The position numbers were made by a program, and so were the translations under genes. A DNA stretch of 64,000 nucleotides from NCBI GenBank assembly GCA_964016885.1, contig OZ024758.1, positions 20,894,001 to 20,958,000 on the forward strand. Reading direction: 5' to 3'. Shown piece after piece: positions 13,430 to 28,455 of this stretch. Source of the stretch: Eledone cirrhosa (Eukaryota). The notes under the pieces were generated by a model that saw nothing but the letters and a program-made list of their open reading frames with translations, did no database searches and was not told the DNA's origin. The first letter of the stretch is position 1. Every line of letters starts with the position of its first letter.

Positions 13430-14457
13430 ATAATGTGGGGGAAATAGCACTGTTCACTTTAATGTAGAACGTGTGATGAAACGCATGAGAATATATATCA
13501 CAGTGTTCAGAATGTTCAAAGTTAGGTAAAAATTACTACAAAATAGAATACACGTTAAAGTGACTGCAATAGATCAGTGGACATTTTCTAAGAATATGTA
13601 CCTTTGCATGCATAGCGGAAAGCAATGAATAATTGATGAAGAGCGAAATGAAAGATCTTGAAAATGATGAAGTGAAACTACTCTGGATCTGTTCAATAAA
13701 ACACGAAAGGAAAAGTACAATAACAGAACCGGATCTTTCTGTCATTCATTAAAAATGAGCGTGTCTGACAATAGAAGTATCATGCATATATTCTACCAGA
13801 GTATATTTGACAATTCTCTAAAACATGCTGATTGATTACGACACTGCAATGAAAGAAATTCTCTTACGGAAAAAAAGATGTTCTAAGCCATATAGTAATT
13901 CCAACAGGTCACTATATCTCTGTAAATGAATCAGTGCAAACATTCAAATATCAAAATATGAATACAAATACAATGACAATGTATGATTAAAACAGAAACA
14001 ATACTCATAAAAAATATAATGGAATGTTTAAAAATATAGCTGAATATAAATTCATAATGAAAAGCCAATGAGTAGCATTCAAAAGTTGTATTATTAGCCA
14101 GTATACACATAACGTAATGGAGGGGGCTTTTCTCAATAAGATATAAAAACGAAAACTAAACTCCACTTCATTCAATGAAGTTATACAGTACATTGCTTGG
14201 ACATTTAGTAGGGAACCAATAACAGTAAGACAGTCAGAATGAATGTCATATAGAAATACTTGCTAAATTAGGAAGGTTTCTGGAATATAAATACAGAAAA
14301 TATGGTTAATGATGATTGGCAATTCAAGTGTTTATTTGAAAGTATATTTTATACATATATATACTGATAGTCCGATACTTTTGCAGAATCGAAACAAATA
14401 AAGCCTCAACGATTATAGAACAAGTTCTTGTAATAGGGTCAGTCATGTCTTGTGTGT

Positions 14458-14664
14458 ATAATTGTTTCTACTTTTGGCACAAGGCCAGCAATTATCTCAG
14501 TGCATTACTGGTACTTTATTTTATCGACCCTGTAAGGATGAAAGGCAAAGTTAACCACGGTGGGATTTGAACTCAGACCCTAAAGGGACGTAATTTCGTG
14601 CTGCAAAGCATGGCGTCCGATCCTCTACTGATACTGACAATCCACCGCCCTGGCCAATCCACCG
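14458..14664 (-). mobile_element. SINE family A with duplicated 5' head
   Basis: Full SINE; head (c/a)caatccaccg repeated; imperfect TSD cttgtgt(g/c)ta(t)(a/t)at. Confidence 0.92.
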
Positions 14665-15431
14665 GCTTGTGTCTATTATGCTGTTAGATTAGTAGATATT
14701 TAGGATTAAATCCTCCATCCATTCACGAAAATCTCACAATATATAGGGAATTAATCATATCGGTTTTAAAACTTTCATAAGTTGCAACGTAACCTTGCTG
14801 CAATTTTACTACAATTAATCACATGTCTATATGCATTTATGTGCACGTGCATGTGTTTATAATTTCTTGAAAGCTTAATTGAAGTCTTTATAAGGATCTG
14901 ACTTCTAGAAAAGAAAAGCCTTATCACTAAGATTTGGATAATCAAATCGATAAGAGGTACATGATAACATTTACATTGTTATCCCTATAATTACAATTTT
15001 GTTTGAAGATTTTATCTGCAAAGTGCATTCGGGTGGCTCTATTCTTCTTTACCTGAAAAAAATCTGTTCTCGAGATTGCCTCTGATTCATGCGATAAAAT
15101 TGTCGTTTACACAAATATTTGCGCATTAGATATAAATGGAAAATATTTATCAAGATAAAGAATATGCATGTTCGATATCATTTGAACGATAATCATTTTT
15201 ATTCAAACTAAATCTGGATATTAACCACGCAGCTGACATCTATGATTGGATATAATTGTTTTCTTTTCTCTCCCAAACAAGTATATTGCGTATGTAAATT
15301 AACTTTTCTTCCCCTCTTTATACTTTTATAATCATTATTTTCACTATTTGTACAAATATGCAACTTAACAATAGTCTGAATATCCGCAATTGACAATACA
15401 TTTAATGCTGAAACTGATATTGTAAATAAAT

Positions 15432-15611
15432 TAATTGTTTCTACTTTAGGCACAAGACCAGCAATTACCCAGTGCATTACTGGTACTTTATTTTATCGAC
15501 CCCGTAAGGATGAAAGGCAAAGTCAACCTCGGCGGGATTTGAACTTAGATTGTAAAGGGACGTAACTATGCTGGAAAGCATGGCGTCCAACCTCTACAGA
15601 TACTGCCAATC
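15432..15611 (-). mobile_element. SINE family A
   Basis: Tail, core, B-box and A-box regions all match the other copies. Confidence 0.92.
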
Positions 15612-16719
15612 TTTTGAAATTTCACTAAAAGTATATCTTCAACATGTTCTACTAAAAAAATCCTTTTTACTACTAGTTGTTTATATATATATAATGTTGA
15701 AAGAGATATAAGCCTAAACACTGCAAAATCGACTGTAAGATGAAGTTAATGAAGATCTAAGTTACATGGTATACTGTGTTTTTTAGGGGGGGGGGGCGTC
15801 TGTTGATACGTTCGAAAATAAACACAATTTTAGAATTCTATTACGAGATGAAATTACATATATATGCAAGTCTCTCCACATTATCATGAATATTATCTAG
15901 CAAACTTTCATATGTATGTTAGAACAAGATAATTATTCACGGTATTAGATATTAACAGCAATACAGTCTGTTTTTGTATACAGATAACATCATGTGAGAA
16001 TAAGTATGAATCTTGTAATAAAATGTGTAATATAATAGCGCTATTAATATTAATCGTTTATAACAATGAACAAGATATTGTGACATTTTCTTTTTATTTT
16101 TCTATTTAAATACCTGTGAATGTCGTAGCCAAATTGCTAATATATATGACGAAATTCAGACACAAAGGCCATTGACATTTCAAATGTATTCAAGACTAAC
16201 TGGCAGCACTTCATTCTATAAAAGAACGAAGCATTCTATAGATTAAGTTAATTTGCCTATGAGAACATAATTTTATTTTTATTTCTATGTGTGTTTTCAG
16301 AAAAATGTCAAATATAATGATTTAGGCATAAACCTAAAAAGATTGATATAGCACCTGGTCAAAATGTTCTACCGAAATATAATATTGATTAAAATTAAAG
16401 ATTTTAGACATAAGTTAGACATCAATTCTTTATTTCTATACTGATGGTATAGAAATAAAGAAGCTGGTGCTTAGTGAAACATGATATTTTAAAATGTCAA
16501 CGTTTCAATTCAGATAAAAATTTTAAATTTTATACATTTTTCCCATTAGCAATTTATTTTCTTTACCGTACTAATCCATAAGTATCAACTCATTTTTCTC
16601 TTTTAATCAACATATCTATTTTATTTTACTTAACGTTTTTCTCCATCTAATTTTTTTCCACTCTCCCTCGCATTACTCTCCTCTTTATTTCTCTCTTCGT
16701 TTCCCCTACCTCACTTCAT

Positions 16720-16925
16720 TCCAACGACCTCATCTCTCTACCGTTAACTTCATTCTCTCCCATTTCTCTCCCGATAACTCTCTTCTTTCCCTCTCTCTCC
16801 ATCCAACGCCCTCATCTCTCTCCCATTTCTCTATCCATATCTCTCTTCTTTCCCTCTCTCCATCCTACGCCCTCATCTCTCTCCCATTTCTCTATCCATA
16901 TCTCTCTTCTTTCCCTCTATCCATC
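16720..16925. repeat. ~60-bp CT-rich tandem repeat (~3 units)
   Basis: Repeated ccatttctctatccatatctctcttctttccctctctccatcc(a/t)acgccctcatctctct. Confidence 0.8.
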
Positions 16926-17501
16926 TGTATATCTCCACTACTTACCTTAATTTCTCTCTTCCTTTCCTCATTTCATTCATCATCTCATTCTCTCCCATTG
17001 TATATACAAGAATTCAATATACTAGATTATTTTAACTACTTTATCATCATTTTATATGTTAGTGTTTTTATTTCATCGGAAAATCTAATTAAATTGATTG
17101 ATAGATTTTGCAGGTTTTTCTTCGAAGCTATCTATAGGAGTATTTACTTAGGACAAGGGAACGTCAAAATAACATGATTACATCCAGTAGATAATTAATT
17201 TAATGATTATACAATTGTTAGTGTTCAAATACGAATTGTACTCGTAGAAGAATATAAACTGCTATATGAGACAATGTGATAATATAGTTGAATGATATGT
17301 GTTGCTTTAGTTTACATATTAAAGTGTTCTAAACTTTCGAGAGAGCTTAATGCCTACATTTCTGTATATTTAGTGGCGGTTTATACAAATTAACACCATT
17401 CTATATAGATATAAATATATAAATGAATAGTTATTTATTTATGTGCCTCTGTGTATGTATATATATACATTTAAAAGTGCATATATAAATACACACACAC
17501 G

Positions 17502-17544
<43 letters not shown>

Positions 17545-17561
17545 CATATATATATATATAT

Positions 17562-17782
17562 TGTCATTACTACAGCGGAGGTCCGACGAGCTTTTGATTC
17601 TCGAGTCAGGCTAGATGGATAGAGATCGAATCTTGAGCTGATCAATAACGAAACGAGCGTCACCAATCAATAAACGTAATGAAGGCTTAACAAATCATCC
17701 TTAGACTACACTCTGTCTAGCTCTACACCTCGCTACTGACGTAAACTGAGCGAATCGACAGTAAATTGGCGTTACACTCCCT

Positions 17783-17784
<2 letters not shown>
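17562..17784 (+). mobile_element. TA-flanked mini-element with HHR variant (long stem II)
   Basis: ggt-CCGACGA(17583)-long stem II (ttgatt/gatcaa, ctcgag/cttgag)-GAAA(17650)-cg ag cg-TC-acc, then AATAAA at 17669. Core has U4>C. Confidence 0.6.
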
Positions 17785-17858
<74 letters not shown>

Positions 17859-17939
17859 TAGTGTGTGTGTGTGTGTATGCATGTACTTGTGTGTGTGTAC
17901 GTGTGTGTGTGGGTATGTATGTGTGTCTGTGTGTATGTT

Positions 17940-18082
17940 ATATAGAAATGTTTCTACATGTCTAGATGATTTCTTTCGAATGAAACAGTTCTACTCCTGT
18001 AGAAGCCATTTCTATATTAAACATCATATACTTTACTATCTATTGAATACCTTATTTCTATGGTTAACCCCGATTGACCCGA
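17940..18082 (+). mobile_element. Degenerate HHR-bearing PLE-type end (family O)
   Basis: ctagatgatttctttcgaatgaaacagttcta..ctgtagaagc is homologous to 34344-34388 and 62837-62882. Tail tattga(a/g)tacctta...cccgattga is shared with 62910-62960. Confidence 0.65.
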
Positions 18083-18458
18083 TACACACACATACATACA
18101 CACACTCATATATATATATATATTAGAATTTCCGTTAAAAATATACTAATCTGAGGTTTTCTATTTTGTTATGCCCCTGTAAAATCTTTTTGTTAAAGTA
18201 ATTATTTTAATTATGATAAAATATTTCAAATATATTCTAAAACATTATCAGAGACCTCTAATTTCTGTTAGTATTAATACTCTTCTTGGCAGATCCGAGC
18301 ATTTGTTTGTAAAATTCGTGAAATATCCAACATTTTTAACAGATACATCCACCACGAATTCATGTCACTATATAAAACAGTCTGCATCTCCTTCCTTTGG
18401 TTATACATAAAGCATAGATACATTCCAGTCAACTGTGCTGTTTACTCATTATTTTTCT

Positions 18459-18637
18459 TGACAATATCGGTAGAGGTTCGGACGCCATGCTTTGACGCAG
18501 TGTTACCGACATTTCCATCCTGAGGTCAAATCCCGCCGAGGTTAACTTTACATTTCATCCTTACGTGGTCGATAAAATAAAGTACCATTAATGTAGTGGG
18601 TAATTGCTGGCCTTGTGCCAAAAGTAGAAACAATTAT
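18459..18637 (+). mobile_element. SINE family A with TSD attatttttct
   Basis: TSD at 18448-18458 and 18633-18643. Confidence 0.92.
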
Positions 18638-18888
18638 TTTTCTAAGGCGATACTTTAAACAATTATTTTCCCACTTTAATTATATATATGTGACAAATAT
18701 CTATTTCTCTAAACAAGGTTCAACAGTCTCATCTGGCAAATCTTCAAAGTAACCGTCCATCTTTTTTAGTAGATTCAATATTTCCTTAAACATCACGTAT
18801 TGACTGTTTCGTTCGTTTAATGTAACACATTATATTTAATTAAAATAGGTATATTAACAATCATAGATTCACACAAACACACACACGT

Positions 18889-18943
<55 letters not shown>

Positions 18944-18949
18944 TATGTT

Positions 18950-18982
<33 letters not shown>

Positions 18983-19467
18983 TATTTACTTTAATGGTTC
19001 ACATTCTTGCCACGATATCTTACACTCTTCTCCTTGATGTTTGCATTCCTTTTTAATATTTTCTCTGATGTCACAGAATGTTTTAAATGTAGTTGCAGTT
19101 TAATTGCTATACATTAAAGCTTTGTCCCTCTTCTCTTACTCCACTGGACAGCGCGTGGTTTGTGTCAGACGCTGTGAGCCTGGGAAGAAAAGCAGTACCA
19201 TTGGTAGGGGTCGAAACTTCCAATGCCCACCCCAACGGCCGATAACCCAGTAGTTCTGAACCCTTCGTTTCTATTCATATTTTTTTAAAATACATGTTAA
19301 CGTTTCCCATTAAAATATTGTTTTCATTTCGCATTATTTCTGTTCGTTGTCTTCTGTCCTTTACATTTAAACAGGTGTGTATATATATATGCATATATAT
19401 ACATACACATATACATAGATACATACACATATATACATACATATGCATACATATATATACATACATA

Positions 19468-19536
<69 letters not shown>

Positions 19537-19626
19537 GTATATATGTATATATATATGTATATATATATATACATGTGTATATATATATATACATGTGTAT
19601 ATATATATATATGTATATATTATATA

Positions 19627-19731
<105 letters not shown>

Positions 19732-19740
19732 TATTTATAT

Positions 19741-20621
<881 letters not shown>

Positions 20622-21661
20622 ATACATTTATATATATGAGGTGTATGTGTGTATGTCACATTTTCCTTAATAGTATCAATACCTTATTCATGTTCCTTCT
20701 CCAGTGAATTTCCTCAGTTTTGTTTCAGTAGAATCCAAAGAAATCACGAATTGTTTTCCGCTTCCTTCATTATGTTCTTTTCAATTAAAATCAGAACAAT
20801 TTTCCTGCTCTCCGTTTCATTCCATGTAAAGGGTATTTTTGACTAATTTCCTCAGAAAAAGAAAATAGAAGACCAGAAACTAATAATTGTACATCTTAAT
20901 TGAAGATTTTTGCCAATAATGTTATGTTTTATTACAGCCCAAAGCAATTGTATATCGTTTGTATTGTATATAAACGATTGGATTCATTCCATATTTTTCT
21001 TTCAGTATATCAAATAATTGATAACCTATATATATGTCATCAACATTTAGTTGCCATGTGGCATGGACATATGTTCAAGAATATATATATACATGGATTA
21101 AGATTTTCAGATATTTTCTATCAAAATCGTGTCATCTTATAGTATCTGATTAAGTAGCCATAGTATCGCCACATTCACGATACAAGTTAATAATATAATT
21201 GTCTGTCGTTTGAACCTTTCGAAGTAACATTACGAAATGATACAAAATTCATAAAACCATCATCTGATAGATGATATATACAAGGCCTCCAAATATATAC
21301 CTCAAATGCAATTCTTTAAACCACTTAATATTGATTAATATAAACACAAAGCGTTCAATTTACGACTTCCATCACCATATGCAAGACCTACGAGAAATAG
21401 CTTATATGCATTATTATAATTATTTTGAGGTAGTTCATTGTAGATATTGTGGAGTAGCATGTTCTGGCAAAAATTACCTCTGCTACAAACAATATCATTT
21501 ACAGATCTACCCCTGAAAATAATGTAACATTCTCTCACTAAATTTGTTCTCCAACCGTTAAAATATAAATATTAATGTTGCTTTACAATTTAATAAATCT
21601 AATGCATATAATATTCTAATATTTGGCTCCTTCCAAAATTTAAAAATATATATACATATAT

Positions 21662-21737
<76 letters not shown>

Positions 21738-21745
<8 letters not shown>

Positions 21746-23690
21746 GCCGAGGAAAAAGAACAAAGGGAAGCACGTCAGCTCTGCAAACCCAAAAGTGTGT
21801 GCAGCCAGAGAACACCTGAAAGCTGCCAGGGACCAATTCTATGCTGATCCTACGGAGGAGAGGATGGAGACTATGGATGTGGTGAGGGAAGAGCTCTGTA
21901 CCGCTTACACTGAGGTCAGAGAGGAGGCACTGATAGAGAAGATCAGAAGTATGGAGAGAGCGGTTGACAGATCTGGATGTAAGGAGAGCTGGATGATCAT
22001 CAACGAGACCACAGGGAGGAAGAAAAGGTGTTCGAGTCAGATCCAGGGAACGGGGCCCGAGGATAGGAAGAGGAAATGGCTAGACCATTTTAGGACCCTA
22101 CTAGGAGAGCCACCCTCCACAGCCCAGAGCACTGGGGAGATCAGGCGGCTGTTTGAGGAACTGGATGTTGAGACAGAGCCCTTCACCAGAGAGGAGCTTC
22201 AGAGAGCCAAGAAGAAGATCAAGGAGGGCAAGGCTCATGGAGATGGAGTGGCATCAGAGGTGATGAAGAGGTGTGATTTTGATGATATCATCCTGGTGTT
22301 CTGTAACGGGGCACTGGAGAGAGGAGTTGCCCCGAATCAGTGGAGGATCAGTAACATCGTCCCAGTGCCAAAGAAGGGAGATCTCTCTAACACCAACAAC
22401 TACCGGGGGATCTCACTGACGTCACTTGTGGCAAAGACCCTCAACAGGATGATTCTTAACAGGATCCAGCCTGAGATGGAGAAGAAGCTCAGGGACAACC
22501 AGAACGGCTTCAGAGAGGGTAGATCAACCACCAGTCACATCCTGATGCTGAGGAGGATATTAGAGGGAGCTAGAGCAAAGTGCCTTCCTGCGGTCATGGT
22601 TTTGATTGACTTTAGGAAGGCCTTTGATTCTGTGGACCGTTACTGCCTGATGAAGATCTTACAGGCTTATGGAATCCCCAAGAGGATAGTGGACCTGATA
22701 TCACTGCTCTACACCAACACCAAAGCCCAAGTCATTACACCTGATGGGATGACAGAGTTCTTTGAGATACTGGCTGGAGTGCTCCAGGGAGATACATTGG
22801 CTCCCTACCTTTTTATCATCGTAGTGGACTATTGTATGCGCCTTGCACTGGAGAAACACCAGGACACTGGCTTTACTGTAGCACCGGCTCAGAGCAGGAG
22901 AGTTGGGGCGAAAAAGGTATCGGATGCTGGATTTGCCGACGACATAGTTTTGGTGACAAATACAGTGAAGGAGGCAGAGGATTTGATGCGGGAGGTTGAG
23001 ACTGTGTCGATGAGTGTGGGGCTGAGAATGAATGAGACTAAAACAAAATATCTGGTAGAGAATGTTGAGAAGCCAGAGGGGATCACTAATGTAGGCGGGA
23101 AGCCGCTGGAATTGGTTGAGAACTTCCTGTATTTGGGAGCAAAGATTGGGAATACGGAAGATGATGTGGTTGAGAGGAAGAGCAAGGCCTGGGCGGCGTG
23201 TCACAGCTTGAGATCGGTGTAGAAGTCGGACCTTCGTAGAGACCTGAAAATCCGCCTCTTCATTGCTGTAGTGGAGTCTGTGCTGCTGTGTGGGTCTGAG
23301 ACTTGGACACTGACCAAGAGACTCACTCAGATGGTGGATGGGTGCTACACGAGAATGCTGAGGATGGCTCTGAACATTAATCAGTATACACTGAGGATGA
23401 AAAACTCAGAGCTGTATGGGAGCATCCCAAAAGTCAGCTCAAAAGTGACACAGAGGAGACTGAGGTTGGCTGGACATGCTCACCGACATCCAGAGTTGAC
23501 ATTGCACTCAGTGCTCCTTTGGGAGCCCCTACATGGACACACTAGAAGAGGAAGACCAAGGTTAACATATGTTGATGCCCTAAGGACAGACACTGGTCTG
23601 TTGGAGATGCAGGATATGGCAGCGATAATGAGGGACAGAGACCGCTGGAGAGAACTCGTCCATGGATCTCGGGAATTTTACCCGCCTTAG
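21738..23690 (+). mobile_element. 5'-truncated RTE-type LINE; reverse transcriptase ORF with one premature stop
   Basis: IVPVPKKGD..NYRGISL, QNGFREGRST, IDFRKAFDSV, GVLQGDTLAPYLF, FADD, FLYLG. TAG at 23220 replaces a Trp codon (TGG in the copy at 44486). RTE C-terminus ESVLLCGSETWTLTK...RRLRLAGH...GRPRLTY. No endonuclease domain present. Confidence 0.93.
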
Positions 23691-23734
23691 ATAGATAGAT
23701 AGATATATATATATATATATGAGTGGGTGTGGGT

Positions 23735-23870
23735 GTGCCTCAATATTAACCAGAAAGAACGAAAATAATAAAACAAATGGCACACTACATGGAAGAAATA
23801 TATTAGATTGACACTTAAAATAGCAGTAACAGACTCTTAACGTTTCGAACGCTGGTCCTTAATTGAAAAC
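23735..23870 (-). mobile_element. Degenerate PLE-type 3' end
   Basis: Minus strand reads aaggac-cagc-gttc-GAAACGTTAag. Tail ttgttttattattttcgttctttctggtta resembles 28938-28970. Confidence 0.45.
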
Positions 23871-24668
23871 GGAATGAGAAAAGACAACGTTGCCGTTAAC
23901 ATAATTATTTAAAAGTATGATGTAAGGCACTAGCATTGATGATAAAGATGCGACACTGGCTATACAGGAGTCTATGTATGAAACTAGTAGATGAGTGCGT
24001 GGTAGGATGAAATAACTATATAGGATACTGGTAGATCGGTTCGTCGTTGGTTTAAATGATAGCAGTGCTGCCTCCACTGATGATGATTACGAAGTTGATT
24101 CCTTTTTAAAATGAAGCACAATAGAAATCATATTGTTCCTAAGATTTCCTTCAACAATTTCTACGTATTTTTCTCAATATTATGACATATACTCTATGAT
24201 ATTTTTTCACCGTGTTTGAATCATCTGTGTCTTAGAGCTGCCATACTCAAAACATTCTTCTAGTTTGTTCATTTGTCTAAATAGATCGTTAAAATCTTTC
24301 AATGACACCAACTGACAGTTTTAGATGTGAAAAGCTGCAAATGTTTAATCCTAAACAAAAAACAGACTTTATTTATTTTGCTCCTCTCATCTCATATCCC
24401 GCCCCCTCCATATCTCCCCCTCTCTCTCTCTCCTCTTCCTCTACATTTTTCTCTCCTCTCACCGCTCTTCTCACTCACTTTTCTCCTCTCTATCCCTCTT
24501 TATCACCCCTCTCTCTGGATCTTCATCTATCCTCTCACTCACTCTCTCTGACGCTCGCAAACACAGAGATTTCTTCACACTAGTCGCCATCTTTTGAGTT
24601 AATATATGTCAGATTTGATTTTTATGCGTATCACCTTGTCAAAATTCACTGTTTTTTTTTACCATCGT

Positions 24669-24741
<73 letters not shown>

Positions 24742-26081
24742 ACCAGCACGTGTCAATTAGAAGACGGTGGCGATTGAACATACATTTTGAAGTGGTATAA
24801 TTTTATGGTATATGAAACCCCTATAACGGAATAAAAATGTGTCTTGCGATCCCAACCCAGGATACTACCAATTAATTCCGTTATGACCGTTCATATGTCC
24901 TAGTATTCGATTATGGGCAGAAAGAGGGGTTAGAATGCGAGGGACAGAAAAGTGAAGCTGTGTGATATACAACACATATACAGAGTAGAAAGGATACAAA
25001 AAGAAATTTAAGGACATCCAAGACTTAAAGAATATACGGACACTTTTCTCCAGTAAATTCTAGGTTTTTTATGCTAGTATCTTACCTAGTATAGACTTTT
25101 TTACCAGGATGCAGAATAATCGAAAATGTTCCTCCATTTCGTCATACCCTTCATTTCTTAAAATGTGTGTAAAAGTTAAAAAAATATACAGAATTCCTTC
25201 TATTCACTTAAAAGGTATGTATATTAGCATTCGTAGAATATTCTGGTATTATTTCCCCAATGGTTTATACATGGAGTGAATCTGATCTGTCTATTTGCTG
25301 AATTTAAGAACCAATTGAGCTCGAAATATCCTCGCCAAAACATGCAATTACATTATTTCACTTTAAAATATCCATGACGTTGACGAATATATGCACTTAG
25401 ACTGCACCATTCCCTTATTTGATGTGACTCCCTTTTCAAGAGATATTACATTTTAAATGTTAATTTCACAACGAAATAAATAACAAAGAATACTAAAAAA
25501 GCTATAGAGACATCACCGAACAATTAAATGCAATGTTAAATTATTTTAACTGATCATACACACGCAATGTTAGCTTCTGAAATTTAAAATTGCTTTAAAT
25601 ATGGCGCTATGTATCATTCCTAACAATCATATATGATACGCCTTCTTTCTAAAAATGAAAAACATTATACAAATATAAGATATGGAGAAAATGGTGTAAA
25701 GAAATCACTAAACGGAAGTTCCACATCATTATTAGTAGTTAGCTACTATTATTTTATCAGCTCGACTTCATTGTGTTTTGATATGTTCTTGACATGGATT
25801 GTTTAGGGAATCAAGGTGACGCTTCATTGCAGGAAATGCTTTTCATGATTAATTCGATTCAACAACAGGATATTAAATTGCCTTAGATTGTGTAAGAGCT
25901 GTTAAAATCCTCAGGCATTGTCGTTGAATTCCTTAAACAAAACTTGTATATGAATGTTCTCATTTTCGCAAGCCCACGTATATGTAGGACTATTTTAAGA
26001 TGCATTCAAATAAATCCACAAACATTTACAGCTGCTTAATAAAATATTTCTCAGGCTTGAGATATCCTGAAACACGTGCAA

Positions 26082-26199
<118 letters not shown>

Positions 26200-26218
26200 T
26201 TATATTTATATATATATA

Positions 26219-26311
<93 letters not shown>

Positions 26312-26339
26312 TTATATATATTTATATATATATATATAT

Positions 26340-26450
26340 TTATTAAAATACCAGATTAAATATTCGCTCTACAGTTCTTATATATTTGATATATATTTAT
26401 CCTTATCGAGCCCTCTTTGGATTTTAGTCTTCAAATGTATTATTATTATT
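26340..26450 (+). mobile_element. Orphan tail of the Naiad-like element at 10481-12515
   Basis: Matches 12428-12515 (ccttatcgagccctctttggattttagtcttc), preceded by an inverted ~22-bp pLTR end; inside (TA)n. Confidence 0.85.
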
Positions 26451-26453
26451 ATA

Positions 26454-26487
<34 letters not shown>

Positions 26488-26514
26488 CATATATATACAC
26501 ATACATATATATAT

Positions 26515-26632
<118 letters not shown>

Positions 26633-26814
26633 TTATATATACATATCTATCTATCTATTAATCTCTCTATATATAATAGAGAGAGAGAGCCCACTCGCCG
26701 TAAGGCACCAACCACATTCTTTCTGACTTGACCTCTGCCTCGTCACATTTCTTAGCCATTTTGAATTCGTTTCTGGCGGGGATCATTTAAGAAAAATCTT
26801 CGTCCTAGTGAGTT

Positions 26815-26898
26815 TGTATCCTGATGAATTCGCAGCTCGAGAATGTATCCTTGATAGGATATATCCGAAAGCGAACGAAACCCTAAAGGGTAGAAATG
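26815..26898 (+). ncRNA. Type I hammerhead ribozyme motif with extended stem II, within a ~470-bp TA-flanked element (26690-27165)
   Basis: gtatc-CTGATGA(26821)-a ttcgc...atgtatcct tgat aggatatat...gcgaa c-GAAA(26877)-ccct aa aggg-TA-gaaat. Stem I has one mismatch. Confidence 0.75.
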
Positions 26899-27165
26899 TT
26901 ATCCTGGTATGCGTAACTTTAATTTTAGACCTAATTGTATATGCTTGACGATATATTTAATCGATTTCCACGTGCTATTGAAATGCTGGGTAAACATTCT
27001 ATAGATGTTGATCGCGAATAGATGGCTGTCGTTTATTTATCCATTATTTCTTCATAGGTGCCTTTTAATCTTATAGCCTGGTTTAATTGGTTTTTTGTAT
27101 GGTTGATTATGCAAAATGGGAGAGGAAATGGAGTATATATCTTATCAAATGATTCTATGAACATA

Positions 27166-27597
<432 letters not shown>

Positions 27598-27828
27598 ATT
27601 TGTCGACTCCATCGTGTAGGGCTACATTTTAATGTCCTGTCAGCCAGACTGCTATTTTAAGCGGCAGGGAATTTCAAGACAAGCTGTTTTCCGAATGACA
27701 CGTGCGATAATTCATATCGCACACAATTCCTTCTCTAATATTTTTAGAAGTGAAAGGATCACTAATCTCTCAACATCTACTGAGGAGCCAAGCTGTCGAG
27801 GTCCTGACTCACTTCCTATATATATATA

Positions 27829-28455
27829 TATAATTTAAAGTATAGAAATTGGTGTGAGCGTGAAGCCAACAGTATAATGTCAAATTGGAAAAATAGTTAA
27901 CGTAAGATGTGGGAAAATAATTCAAACTCAATTCAAAGAAAATCTAGACATAGATTAATCCATAGAATTTTGTGAAATCCAGGGAAAAATCAATAGAACC
28001 TTAATTCAGAATAAAATAAAGCTTAAATACTTATCCTTCAATTTGGAAAAACTACGAATGCTCTGTATAGTCTTAAAAAGACTATTTCGCGAAACTTTCA
28101 GTGGGGATGGCCATGGTTGTAATCGTTCATCAGCAGAGCTCAAACACGATAACCGTAAACCACTGTAGAATATGCCAAAAAGGGAATTTAAAGACAGGCT
28201 AGTTCACCTCGTACGTAATTATGAAAAATAAACGCACATGGAGAGACATGACTGGTGACGTCAGAATGAGACGAATGTCTGTTTGCATGAAACAACAGTC
28301 AAAAAACGTTCCGAAGAAAAACTCTACAAGTGTAAGGAGTTCAGCAAAATAGCAATATTATCGCGGTTTTTTTTTTTCAAAGACCGGGATTAGTCACAAA
28401 TAATTTTAAGCACTCTAGGAAACTTCCGAGTATAAATATAAATTAAAGTATAGAA
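27829..28455 (-). mobile_element. ~608-bp HHR-containing unit bounded by 19-bp direct repeats (retrozyme/PLE-like)
   Basis: tataa(t/a)ttaaagtatagaa at 27829-27847 and 28437-28455; HHR at 28060-28139; no ORF. Confidence 0.65.
28060..28139 (-). ncRNA. Type I hammerhead ribozyme motif (best formed in the window)
   Basis: Minus strand: gctctg-CTGATGA-a cga...tcg c-GAAA-tagtctt ttt aagacta-TA-cagagc. Perfect 6-bp stem I and 7-bp stem III beyond the A-U pair; AUA cleavage triplet. Confidence 0.88.

Noticed and set aside
17562-17776. Solo LTR (TGTCA...GTTACA with AATAAA)
   Set aside because: No TSD or partner LTR; better explained by an HHR fold followed by AATAAA. Not fully excluded.
24740-24840. 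Additional HHR candidates (also ~27690-27760, ~28860-28895, ~54700-54750)
   Set aside because: Cores have multiple mismatches and stems could not be closed, so they were not counted.
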